DNA of 64,000 nucleotides, from assembly GCA_910592345.1 (NCBI GenBank), contig CAJVPI010000005.1, positions 1 to 64,000 of the forward strand. Reading direction: 5' to 3'. The notes beneath the pieces were generated by a model. That model was not told where the DNA came from. It did not search any database and saw only the letters and a list, made by a program, of their open reading frames with translations. This document shows, piece by piece, positions 13,301 to 26,094 of this stretch. Numbering within the stretch: the first letter of the stretch is position 1; each line of letters starts with the position of its first letter. The DNA comes from Paraglomus brasilianum. Lineage: Eukaryota. A program made the position numbers and the translations under genes.

Positions 13301-14376
13301 CTTCCAAGTCAATATGCTAATTATACTAATGCAATACTATAATGCAGCAATATTAAGACTAACCAATTCACTTGTCTTCTTTCTGATTGTTTGCAGCTCC
13401 AGCTCATCCTTTGACTGAGTTGATGCCTTGGCCACAGTTGGACCAGTAGCTGATGAGGCTGAACCAGTGGCTAATCCAGTGGTTGGTGCAAATTTTCAAG
13501 TATGCAATGCATATGTAGGAACACTATTCTCTCTCAAAGTGAAATAATCACAGATGAAGAAATAATCCAGTTAGAAACAGATGAGAAGGATAAGGTATGT
13601 AGTAGTAGTGTGAATATTGTTCAGTTTGAATAAATATAAATACTGATGAGCATAATTCCTTTCAGTCAGAGCCTGAGTTATCTGATTTATCCATTGTGCT
13701 ACCTGGAATTCATGTGGGAAAGAAATAAAAAAGCTTTTTCTCATTAATAAATTGTGATCTTTTTATTCCCAATTCTTTGAAAATGCATTTGATATTGAGT
13801 CTTTTCAATTTTTGTAAAAACATGGGACTTATCAACTTGATTTCCAAGTGTTGGAGAGCGACGGTGTACTAGCTTTGGGATTTAGCTCTTTTCCGACGGA
13901 AGCTTTTGCTCTTCCTACTTCAAACTAAATACTAATGACAGTTAGTGACCTTTAACTAGGATTTATACTCACGATCTGTATATTATACGTTGTCCCTAGA
14001 TTATTGTTTAACCTCGAGTAACACTTCGATTTCTCTGATGGGAGTAATCTCAGAGCCTATCGGTTGGGGAAGTTATCTCTCTACACTAACGTTAAATTAA
14101 ACAATGCAAAAGTACTAAATAGAATTAATTGGCAAGTATCAATCCTATTCGCCGATGACGGGGAAAGCGTTTTACACTTCGTCAACGACGCTAAGTTTCT
14201 CTTATCAGGGAATAAACGAAAATAACAACATTTATAATTAAATAGGATCTTTATTAGAATAAAAGAACTATCCTAATACACGTAGCAACGTCTTGCTGAA
14301 AATTTTATAACTAATTATCGTTTCACTAAACTGTCCAATTTTTGATAAATGGGAAATGTCCTGAAATTTCGATATA

Positions 14377-15138
14377 CAGAGACACCTCTATAAGTGCACG
14401 TTCTTGGGACTTGACATTTAGGGAGGGTCACTTATAGAATAAGAGCAACAAATAGAAAACCAGAAAACTGTTACACATAATAGTGACAGTACTTTCTCTT
14501 TATTAAAATTATACTATCACATCGAAGTCAGACTATACTTTAAGAAAAATATGTGTCAATGTTAGTTTGACGCATTGAGCTTGTTTTCCTGACTTCAGCA
14601 AACTCCTCAATATTGTAAAGAGGTATATATTTTTCCGCGTTGTCCTGTTGTAAAAGAAAGGCACGTACTATTTCCAAGCTAGCGATTGCTGTGCTAGCGC
14701 TATTAACAGGACTTTCCTTACTATCATCTATGTCGTCTACATCCGTAATTGCTTGATCAGTATCCTTAAAGAGATATACAAGTTCGTGGTCGTTGTCGGG
14801 AACTTCATAAATAATATGCTCTTCAGCAACTATTTACGACAATTATTTATTGTATTATTGTGGCGTTTACTATTTTAGTAAATATCTTATGTCAATGTAT
14901 TTACAGTTTTGTAAGCACGAGTATATTTACTAGCACTAATAAGTAAACTAATGTCACTATTGCATGGAATTAATTGGCCGACATTTTTTAAATGTCAGTG
15001 TGTGCCCCTATGGAGAGGCTATACAATTATATCTGGGACTCAAAATCGCTTGCATGTGTAGAACATGGAGGGTGTGCACTTAGCTCTAAGTCCCAAGCTT
15101 GGGCACTTATGGAGGGTGCACTTATAGAGGTGTCTCTG
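14377..15138 (-). mobile_element. Non-autonomous pogo/Tigger-like element (internal deletion derivative), 762 bp
   Basis: Perfect 23-bp TIR CAGAGACACCTCTATAAGTGCAC at both ends, TA flanks. The minus strand retains a pogo-like C-terminus (..AIASLEIVRAFLLQQ..KTSSMRQTNIDTYFS*). Confidence 0.92.
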
Positions 15139-15459
15139 TATTAGGCCTGTCTAATTTTAGTTGTCCTGAATTTCGTCCTAATCCGGCCCATTAAATTATT
15201 TCTGCGCTGATCTGCACTGCGCAATTCTCGACGATTGACCACTTGATTTTTCGATGTGTCACAGAGCCGGGAATACGTCATGTTTAGGTACACACTACAT
15301 TTCGGATCTTCAGTCTTGTCGTTGACATTCATTGTAACATACCAATATACATCTGCATACATTGGGTGAAAATTTAATAACACTGATTCTACGCCGAAAC
15401 AAAATTTTCACTATACATATTCGTGCATAGTTATACTAGAACGAAAAAGGGAACCAACA

Positions 15460-16233
15460 TGCACAGAGCGGCTGAACAAGGGTCTGCATAACCTTGCTGT
15501 ATTAGTATGTTATGCTGATGGAACTGGAGTAGAAAAAGATGAACAAAAAGCAGTTGAATGGTATAAAAAGGCTGCTGAACAAGGGTTTGCCAATGCACAA
15601 TATAGTCTTGGTGTATGCTATGCTAATGGAACTGGAGTAGAAAAAAATGAACAAACAGCAGTTGAATGGTATGAAAAAGCAGCTGGACAAGGGTTTGCCA
15701 ATGCACAATATAATCTTGCTGTATGTTATGGGGATGGAACTGGAGTAGAAAAAGATGAGCAAAAAGCAGTTGAATGGTATAAAAAGGCAGCTGAACAAGG
15801 TTATGCCAATGCACAATATAATCTTGGTGTATGTTATGAGGATGGAATTGGAGTAGAAAAAGATAAACAAAAAGCAGTTGAGTTATACCAGAATGCAGTA
15901 AAACAAGCACATTTGTCAGTGCAAATTAAAAACAGCAGGCATTATTCTTATAACAAAACAACTGGATTAGGTTTTGACATTAGTCTTGTAACTAACTTGT
16001 GTCAATTAGGAGCTAAAAAAGGAGATCCTTATGCACAATATATTCTTGGTCTGTATTATGAAAATGGAATTGGAGTAGAAGCTGATATGAAAAAGGCAGT
16101 TGAGTTTTATGAAAAGGCAGCTGAACAAGGATATAGTAAAGCACGAAGTAAAGTGTACATTTTCTATGGAAATGAGTCAGAAGTAAAGGAAAAAATAAGG
16201 GAGAAGGTCGAGTTATATAAAACTGGTCATTAA
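15460..16233 (+). pseudogene. Sel1-like repeat (SLR) gene fragment, 5'-truncated/frameshifted
   Basis: 108-bp tandem units encode AQYNLGVCYxDGTGVEKDEQKAVEWYKKAAEQG about 4 times, with one more repeat downstream. The frame is open 15370-16233 but has no ATG before the repeats. The ATG at 15460 (MHRAAEQGSA*) is out of frame. Confidence 0.8.
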
Positions 16234-16394
16234 CAAATTTGTTACGTATGTACCAGTGATCAAAAAATTTTTCAAGTTTTTGGATAGGAATTCAGATACA
16301 TTCACTTTTCATTATGATTAGTAATGATATTATCAATGATATTCATTTAAATAAAACAATACGAAAAATATTGATTCAATTGCTAATAATTGTA

Positions 16395-18000
16395 CAGTCA
16401 ACTGCCGATAATTCGACTTTCCGGTAATTCAATCGCCCTGAGTAAGACCCGATTTTTTCATATGATGTTTCTTCCTTTTATTAGATCGAACTTATAAATT
16501 TTCGATAATTTGTTAATTCGATCGCTTAAATAATCTCTATTAATATTATGCCAGTGCATATTAATTAATATAAATAATACTATAATTACGTCGATCACAG
16601 TCAAATCATTTCCATTTAAGGATTAATCGATTAATTTCTGTCGATTATTCGACCGGTTGCATTGTTTTTGTGATAAAAAATTTCGATTATCCGACTGACA
16701 TTAATATAATAAAAATTTCCCATCATACGTTATTTTTTTCTCAAAATGCCTCGATCGAAAAGAAAACGTTGAGTGCCAAACAGAAGCAAAAGATATGTCA
16801 GCGAAAAGCTAAAAACCCTCAATTATCTAACTCAGAGTTAGCCAAATAATATCGTGTAGGAAAAACAACCGTACAGAATATCATAATGAATGAATATCGA
16901 TATAAACAAACCTTATGCTAAACGATTAAGAAATCAAAGGCCAAAATGGCAACCGCTGGAAGAAGCCCTATAGAAAATGGCCATGCTCTTAATGGTGATG
17001 CTATAATTGCTAAAGCTCGCGATTATGCAAAGTGTTTAGAAATTAACGACTTCAAAGGAACAGACGGCTGGCTATCAAGGTTTAAGAAACGTTATCAACT
17101 GAGACAAATCGTAAAGCATAGGGAAGCTGGTAGTGAGCCGTGTGAGAATTATTGGACGAGTACAGTATGGATGACACATATAATGCAGATGAAACTGGCT
17201 TATACTGGACAATGCCTTGTCGGGTTCGTAAGCTCAGAAAGAATAAAAGTAAAGTTTCGATACTACTAGCAACAAACGCCTCAGGAACAGATAAATTACC
17301 ATCATTGTTTATTTACAAACACCAAACACCACGTCCTCCTGAGGACTATAAATAAAGCAAATCTTCCAGTCCAGTATTACTGGAATTCTAAAGCTCATAT
17401 GCAGGTAATGCGTTGCTTGAATTAATTAAATGAATATACGTATATGGCTAACTATGTAATTATCTTGTAATAATAGGTGTCCACATTCAATGAGTGGCTC
17501 AAGTGGTTTGACAAAAAATTACGTGGTGAAAATCGAACTATTATTCTCTTATTAGACAATGCCTCAGTGCATAAGCTTTTCCACGAAAAACGAACCAACA
17601 AATATTAAGATCAGATTCTTACCCCCTCAATACATCTGCGCTACAACCGTGCGATGCCGGTATAATACATAGTCTCGAATCTCATTATCGAAAGCTTTTT
17701 GTGCGCCAGAAATTACAAATACTTGAAGACAATAATTCTGAAGAATATAACATAAAACATGCAATTTATACCGTGTTCGACGCATAGAACAACGTGGATA
17801 GAAACACAATTAGGAACTGTTGGCTAAAAACCGGAATTATTCCGAATCATACCGTACGACAACCATAAACCGGGCAGCCGAAGAGTTATCAATGGAGACA
17901 AACGAGCAAAGTACAATAATTCAGGAATTAATTAATAGAATGAATTTGTCTGAACCATTAGACGCTATTTTATTCCAAAAATTTCAACAAACTAATGAGT
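16395..18000 (+). mobile_element. Degenerate pogo/Tigger (CENP-B HTH + DDE_1) transposon with intron-containing transposase pseudogene
   Basis: Left end TA|CAGTCAACTGCCGATAATTCGAC. ATG 16746 MPRSKRK..LSAKQKQKIC, then FKGTDGWLSRFKKRY, YNADETGLYW, LLATNASGTDKLP, AHMQ|VSTFNEWL and LLLDNASVH. Multiple frameshifts and stops. Right TIR not found. Confidence 0.9.
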
Positions 18001-19044
18001 GATGGATGTTTACGTGTAAACACTTGATATTATTTCCAGACATGATTTTAAGGTCATTTTTACTAACTTGTTTTTAATATAAACACTTTATCTAGTTTTT
18101 GTAAGTTTAATAAACTATATATATTTTGCAACAAAACAATGCCTTTGTGACGTGTAAGTATATACAAATTAAAATGTTGAATAATTTGATTTAAATTTAC
18201 TTACGCCTAATACAGTGCAAGATTAAGCGGTTTGGGACATTTTTAACAGCTTATATATTAGTATTACCATTAGCAGACAGTTGGCAATACTAAAAGCGCA
18301 GACTAAAATAGTAGAAAATAAAGCCTGACAGAATCAAGAGCATAAAATTACAAAAGTAAATAAAATAGATATATATAAAGAGGTAGATAAGATAATAGAA
18401 GATAATAAAAGAAAAACTATATCTCGCCAGTAACCCTTACCTGAGCGACCAAGTAAACTCAAATTATTCCGACTGATGCATTGGTGTTATTTATTGCTTT
18501 TGCAATGTTAGTCTTAATAATATCCACGTGAATCAATCAATACTACTGGTTCTTCCTAAATGTACGGTTTCTAACAACCTGCACTTGGGGAGAGTTATGT
18601 AAATTATTTTAATTTACTTTAAGCCAAAGACAACTTCAAGATTAGTAGGTTGAGACATATTATCTACTATTAACAGATGACACTGAAGTGTAGTACTAGT
18701 ACGGTATCAGGGTTAACGATTGGCATCGATCGCATGAATTTGTACGATGATAGCAGCAGTTGATACTATCTTTCCAGTCAACGGAGATGTAGTAACGTTA
18801 ACGTTCACGAGTAGAATTCTCACATTTGTTATGGATATGTTTGGCTCATTACACAGATCGTCGAGTTACATGTCGATTTGCAGTCTCACGTATCGACAAG
18901 CTAACTAGTTATATCTTGGGAACGTCAAAAACGGGAATCGGTAACAGAAGGTTAAATTTATAAACCGCGTGTAACTATGGTATTAGATAGTGATCGATCG
19001 GAGTTTAATATATGATACCCAATGTTTGTATATTATTATTACAT

Positions 19045-19528
19045 TAGGCACTCTCGATAAGTTGGACTCGTCGGGACGGAGATTTTATCCAACTTATTAT
19101 TATCGGATTTCATAAAAAATTCTCCTCCTTTAATAATAATAAGAAATAATAATCATTTCGCTTTCTTCCAATTTGATGTTTTAGGTCATTCATTCTGTCC
19201 ACTTTATATCAGTATATTTTGATGCTATCTAAAACAACCATATTGCTTATGGTTTTTTGTATTGCAGCAAAAATGACGAAAATGATGAAGCAAAATTATT
19301 GGATAATTAATTGTATTGTATTTGCTAACACGGTAAAGATTATCTCTCAAAAATCACGCGGTCCGACTTATCGAGAGTCATTTGCATAAGCCGATTGAAA
19401 GGGTTGCCCGACTTACAGGTTAATCGCGATTTTATATGGGTGTCCGACTTATCGAATTTTTTAAATAGGGGCGAAAAAATTTGTCCGAGTTTAAGCCAAA
19501 TCCGGCTTATCGTTATCGAGAGTGCCTA
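19045..19528. mobile_element. ~485-bp MITE
   Basis: 16-bp TIR TAGGCACTCTCGATAA / TTATCGAGAGTGCCTA. Repeated internal CCGACTTATCGA-like motifs. No ORF. Confidence 0.85.
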
Positions 19529-20025
19529 GTATATTGATCGCTAATTATAATGCCACCTCTAATTCGTCAACGATGCGAGTTACGTAAAGATATTATGCAA
19601 TTTCATAATATGGTCTCGAGACCATTTTCTTTTCACATGACAAAGCTTCCGCTTTCATATGAGAACGCTAAAATTCCAGAGATAATTTTCAGCATGTGAT
19701 TCACCCGACAGCACGGCTCATATCGATTCTAGCAAATCCACGTCGAAATGTTTTATCCATTACCAGTTTGATTTTTGTCATGAATAGAACAACAAAGGAA
19801 CGAAGAGTGAAGATTACTAATTATTATACTACAAAGTTACAACTACAGTGAGCATTCCCAATAACTGTCCCCATCATAATTAGAGAAAAAAAAGTATTGA
19901 TCCATAAACAATTAATAAAGTATAAACAACACATATCAGCCGATAAAAATTAGCATAGAAGTAATTCTACTTAATTACAGCAACAAATCCCACGTAACTG
20001 CCATTTTAAATATACACAAGGTGTA

Positions 20026-21441
20026 TCATTTTTTATATCTGTACTGGAACAAGTTGGTATAAACGTATGGATCGGGGTCCTGAACTATTGTCGAATCGGT
20101 ATCTCGTTGAGTCTGACTGTTCGCCTTGTCTTTGTTATCCTCTTCATTTTCTCGCGTCTCTTGATCACTCTTTATCCGTGTCATTTTATATGTTTCAAAA
20201 GCGTCACCGGCTTCACTAACATCTGCCTCTGAAATAATATAATTATCATCCGTCTCTTCTTCTGTTATTCCTGACCTCGTGCTTTTATTTAAGCCACCAT
20301 TAGAATCCGAATCAATGTCAAATAATTTCTTCTCCCAAAAGTGCCTGCCACTCCAAAGTGATGACACAACTTTTTGCTTGTCATTTTTTGTAGGGTGACG
20401 GGGAGTTTGAGTTTGTCTTTGTGACCTTTTGCGAATCAACTCGGGATAGTTTTGGCAAAGGCGGTTGTGACAGACTTGAAGTATTGTTGCAAAGTATATC
20501 TAGAAATTTTGCAAAAACATAAGCTTAAAGAATTGATACAGTGCCTGCAAACTCTGGCGTCTTAGTATAACCTACAATGATTGCGTCTTTAATGAACTTA
20601 CATTACAAATGGTGGTGATAGATATCCCAACTGCGAGTTGCAATATGGATCTGGTTGCTGATTGCTTACACATATCTTCAGTTGTAATATTGTTCAAACA
20701 ATAATTAACAAAGTTGTTCCGTTTAGTAAGAAAGGCGATTAATGTACCGATGGACACGACGCTCCATACGAATACCATGTAGAACCATGATAAATATGTG
20801 TATAAGCGGATTCTGTCTGGAGATTTCTGGGATACGTGAAGGAGAAAAAAGAGAACGCGGATGTTTGAGTAGACGCTTTGAAATAAATCTCGATGAAAAG
20901 AGTTTGTTTTCTTACTCGAAAGAATAACGCTGAAAGGCCGTAGCCTGCTAGCATCGTAATTATCAGCGATAATATTGCTAGCACTATTGATAGATTGTGT
21001 AAGTGTCCAAAAACTGTAATATATATATATCAAAGGTAGGCAAGTGTTGTGAATACGGATAAGATAATAAAAATATCAATTCAAACTGACATTGACGTTT
21101 GAAATAGATATTAACTTCTAGTGTCTTGCAATTAACGCAGTTCTGTTGCATACTCACTGTTGTCTACTTTATTCTTGAAATAAATATCAAAAAACACTGC
21201 CGTTAATGCCACTCCAGTTGTCTGAATTACAGTTGAAGATAAAATCAGTACGCCATTCATCATTTTCGATCAAAGCAGTTTGTGTGTGGTAGGAGTGATA
21301 ATATATATTATCAGTCACACATTCCTCTTCTCTACTCACCATCCATACAATCGTAATAATAAGAGCTCCACTCTTAACCGGAAGACAAAAGCAGAAATGA
21401 GAATAATATTTTTTTGTAAAACAACTTGATTTATCGGCCAT
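20026..21441 (-). CDS. Uncharacterised four-transmembrane protein with acidic C-terminal tail, 5 exons
   Basis: Spliced read: MADKSS..HFCFCLPVKSGALIITIVWM|TTGVALTAVFF..|IFGHLHNLSIVLAILSLIITMLAGYGLSALFFR|KSPDRIRLY..NYC..DMC..ICN|IYFATILQ... Canonical GT-AG sites keep the frame. Confidence 0.75.
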
Positions 21442-22744
21442 TGTAATTAGATATGAAATTAATTAACGAAATAATAGTTGTGGGTGTAGTCGGATTAAAG
21501 GGTGAGAACGTTCTCTCTCTTTCTGTATGTCTTTGTGATATGGCGTATTGTGTGTGTAATAAGGAAAGACAGAGACACCCGAGCCTTGCTAATAGTGATG
21601 TTATTCCTATAGGTAAATATTATTTGAGTAGGTAAAGTTGTCTATTCTCTTTCTTTTTTTGTTTTAATTCCATGCATTCTTACCGGAAATGCTCAAGGAA
21701 ACATCAAAATTACGCAAGCACGGGTATCAGTCTATGATGAAAGCTCCCAGCAAGCGAAGCGTATTTCTATTCCGTGAGAATTGCTTTGCGCACGTAATTT
21801 TGTATGTTACATGTATATATACACACACGATTTTATACTAGTTCACTAGAACTGAATAGAGACGAGACCTTATTGTCGCAGGGGGCTAGAGCATTTGGTC
21901 AAGATGTCCAGAATTACCATACAAAGGCTGTTCACCCGCTCCGTATGAAAATCACTTGCTAATCCGAAAATTCGGCGTTTGACTATAAATGTTATCGGCA
22001 TAAATAGCCTGGGAATAATAAATATAATACAAAAGGTCCTTTCTTGGCATGAATGCATTAGTTCGATATGCTGCCAGCAGAAACTGTTTATTTGGCTAGG
22101 ATGCACAGTGTTTATTTTGGAGTTTTGCGTTCCTTTGTTAGTTGCACCTGCGACTGAACGATAACGATGCACAGTGTTTATTTGGACTACGTCCGTTTTT
22201 CTGGCTTTTCCCAGAGCAGACATCTTATCCCAGAAATTTTGCCCGATCGATTTTATCCGAAATGCGGATAGGCAATAGAATGTTTATTTGTAATGAGGCT
22301 AAATATAGATGCAGGTCGTTCACAGAAACGAAACATCGTCTTTTCTCTCGTAACGCTATGCTGTTGAAAGACATTGTGTCGTCTTGAGGTCGTAGCCAAC
22401 TGTCGGCATGACATTCATAATAAGTTGTTGCAATAGATATATTATACCAGGATGGAACATATCTGTCGTAAACGACAGCCGGAAGCAACAAAGTAACAGC
22501 CTCCTATCTAATCTTATTCTCTAGAACAAATAAACGTGATTATGAGCTGATAGTAATATGCAGGCAATAAGTTCGTTTTTTGTTTGCTGGCATGTAATTG
22601 GTAGATCACTCTAGTGTGCCAGTTAGGCTTACTCATGGATACTGTACATGGCGTAATTCCTGACACATTAAATCGGGAATGACGAAACGCCCATTAAACA
22701 TCTTTTGCGCTATGCGATGTTCCATCCAATTACTTGATTCGCAA

Positions 22745-22750
22745 CACGTG
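22745..22750. promoter_or_regulatory. CACGTG E-box (possible Pho4-type site) ~350 bp upstream of the phosphate transporter
   Basis: Motif is present, with AACGTG at ~22784. A 6-mer can occur by chance. Confidence 0.25.
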
Positions 22751-23096
22751 AGGCTGTATACCATTCAGGTCATCCATGTTGCAAACGTGGTGATAGTATT
22801 GGATCCAGATAAGGCTGAATGATAGGCTTCTGCTGCATAAAATAATAACCACTCGTTAGCCTAATTAGGCAATATAGATCTACAAGGATGCTTCAATCTT
22901 TGAGCTGGATCAGAATTTACTGTAGGCTAATCATAAATGCTCCTGACAATAATACACTTGATATAATACCCCTGCTTTCCCATTGAAACTGTATCAGTTA
23001 GTATATATAGCACCTCGCGATAATGAATCAGCCTTCGGCAAAAGTTTCTTACAAATCAAAACAAAAAAATCGATCCCTCCAACCAACCATTAATTG

Positions 23097-26094
23097 ATGA
23101 AGTTTTCGCACTCGCTTCAGTTTAACTCTGTGCCTGACTGGGCAGAGAACTATATAGCGTATCCTTTTTGTCTAGTGTAAAATAGGAATCAGAACGGCAG
23201 AATGCCGTTATATTGAACAAGAGCACAAAGTATAGACTTTTGATATGTTTCGTTCTCTCGTCTTTTTGTGTGGGCTCTCTTTCCATATCGCACGCTCTTG
23301 CATTCAATCGTCAACCTTCACTCCTCTGTGATTCAATTCCTTAATTCTTTACACTTGCAAACACAGTTATTCGATCCTAAAAAAGCTAATATATCAAATC
23401 GAGAGAGACATAATAAGCACTTCTCTTGCAAATCGGGACACAGAATCACAGATAGCAACAGAAGAGACCGTTCTGCTCGATGCAAAAACTCGCGCAAACT
23501 CGATCTTTATCCCTGCGCTAGACAAGGAACTCGACAAAATCACTGCTTTTTATTTGAATAAGGAGCGTGAACTTTTCGATGATGTAAGGAATAATTTGGC
23601 TGATGTAGAGTTTATCGAAAGTTTAGAAAACACTCCGGCACTAAGAGCCCATGGAGGTATGTTATCGAGATCTTATGATACGTCAGAGAACGCATCGTTC
23701 GGGAAGAGTGCTGCAAAAAGAAGACAAAGAAGCACAAGCGACGTGAGTTTAGTGAGTAGTGAAGAAGACTTTGATGCTGAAGAGCGAGCTTATATGGCCG
23801 GAGTTAGTATATATGGTGAAGACGAAGGACAACTAAAGAATTCTGGATATTTCTGGGCTAGGCCTGCTCTAGAAGCGGAACGCATTGGATTGAAGAAACG
23901 TACCATCGAATCGTTTGTCCGGCTGTCAGAGTTGAAATCATTTGTTAGCTTGAATCAAACAGGCTTTTCGAAAATACTGAAAAAATACGATAAAATCACT
24001 CATGGCCGTGAGCAAAGAGATATCTACATGTCCAACGTGGTGAACGAGGGGTTTCCATTCAAAAGTCACAACAGAGAAAGATTGGACGAACAGATTTCCT
24101 CCATGGTTTCACTGTACGCCAAATTATGCACATTCAATAATTTCGAACTTGCCTCGCGGGAGCTCAAAACCCACCTCCGCGAATTTGTCGTCTGGGAGAG
24201 GAATACCATTTGGCGCGAGCTTATCGGATTGGAGCGTAAATCACAGGCAGTTGGTATTCATACGCCAAGGACGGCGCGGTTGAAACAGGTTGCAGAGTTT
24301 AAAACGCCGTTTGGGACGATTATATTCGAGACGGAACTTGCAAAGCAAGTTCTCATGGGAATAACATGCATTGGCGTATTTGTATTTCTGTTAAAGATGG
24401 ATGGATTATTTGAGAAGGTTGAAGAGAATAATTGTTTTGCCTTGTTAATCTTTGCTAGTTTGCTTTGGGCTACCGAGGTTGGTAAATTTACTCGAAAGGG
24501 TTATCCGATAATCATCATTGTGTTGGATATTCATGTTATGTATAACGAAACATGTTTATTCGTATATCCCTCCCATCTATCATTAGGTTATACCTCTGTT
24601 CGTAACTTCTCTTCTCATCCCATTCCTAGTCGTAGCTCTTCGCGTCCTTCGCACTGAAGCCGAACCCCGGGAACGTTTTTCAGCCCACGACGCCACTCGT
24701 CAGATCTTTGGTGCCATGTTTTCTCCAGTCATCATGCTCCTTCTCGGTGGATTTGCCATAGCCGCCGCGTTAAGTAAATACCATATCGCAAAGATGATGG
24801 CAACTTTTGTGCTGTCAAAATCTGGAACGAAACCGGCATGGGTCTTATTGTCGAATATGTTTGTGGCTACGATAGCGAGTATGTGGATTAGTAATGTGGC
24901 GGCTCCGGTTTTGTGTCTCAGCTTGATTCAGGTATGAGAGCATGAGGAGTGCTTGACGGTGGTAGAGAGAATAATGGACTTGGATTTATGATATCTGTTG
25001 AGCGTGAATACTTACTTCAAACATGAAACTCATTATGTCATATTTAATCATATTACATACAGCCGATCCTCCGTAATCTGCCACAAGATAGTCCTTTTGG
25101 TCGCTGTCTTATTCTGGGCATAGCCCTCGCGTCAAACGTGGGTGGAATGGCATCTCCAATCTCGTCTCCACAGAACATTGTTGCCATCGAGAATATGAAT
25201 CCCGCGCCGTCATGGTTAGAATGGTTCTTAGTAGCCATCCCGTTGTGCATAATATCCAATATTATAATTTGGCTATTATTGTTGTATAACTATCAACCAT
25301 CGAAAAGTACATTGACTATACATCCCATAAGAGCATCAAAAGATCCATGGACTGGCACCCAAGTGTTTGTTGTTCTTGTGACAATTACCACGATTGCATT
25401 ATGGTGTGTTGAGAAATCCTTGGAGACATTTCTTGGTGATATGGGTATAGTCGCGATATTACCCCTGGTCATGTTCTTTGGGTCTGGTATTTTAACCAAG
25501 GAAGATTTTAACAATTTCCTCTGGACTGTAATTATTCTTGCTATGGGAGGCATTGCGCTAGGAAAGGCGGTATATAGCAGTGGGTTATTGGAATCGATTA
25601 CATTGGAGATTACTGAATGGGTGGATGGATTGAGTGTATGGGAAATACTGGTCGTATTTTGCGTGTTAGTGTTGATTGTGACGACATTTATTAGTCATAC
25701 AGTGGGTGCGTTGATTATTTTGCCTATCGTAGCTGCCGTTGGGGCAAGCCTAGGAAGAGATGGAGACAGACCCCATCAAAATTTGCTTGTCATGGTGCGT
25801 TGAATCGGGTGCTATTGTTTTATCATCTCTACATTTACCCTCGCCTATCGATTTATTTATAATCTGTTGTCTGTATTTCTATCACAGGGATCTGCTCTAA
25901 TGTGCTCTGGTGCAATGGGCCTTCCTGTTTCCGGCTTTCCCAACATGAATGCTATAATGATGGAAGATGAGATGGGAGTTCGGTATCTAAGCACCAAAGA
26001 CTTTCTCAAGTCGGGAGTTCCAGCTTCTGTTCTTACGATGTTTACAATCCTGACATTTGGTTATATTATAATGAGCTTGTTTCTCCAATATTGA
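23097..26094 (+). CDS. PHO91: SPX-domain low-affinity phosphate transporter, Pho87/Pho90/Pho91 family (SLC13/CitMHS-type TM domain), 5 exons
   Basis: MKFSHSLQFNSVPDWAENYIA|YSILKKLIY, LNQTGFSKILKKYDK, LREFVVWERNTIWR, SMWISNVAAPVLC, GGMASPISSPQN, FISHTVGALI and GLPVSGFPN. Exact paralog assignment is an inference. Confidence 0.93.
23159..23366 (+). other. U12-type (minor spliceosome) GT-AG intron
   Basis: 5' site GTATCCTTT, branch-site-like TTCCTTAAT at 23337-23345, and CAG acceptor at 23364-23366. Splicing restores the conserved YIAYSILKK motif. Confidence 0.85.

Noticed and set aside
15502..15910. Hydrophobic repetitive minus-strand ORFs
   Set aside because: They are antisense shadows of the plus-strand Sel1 repeats.
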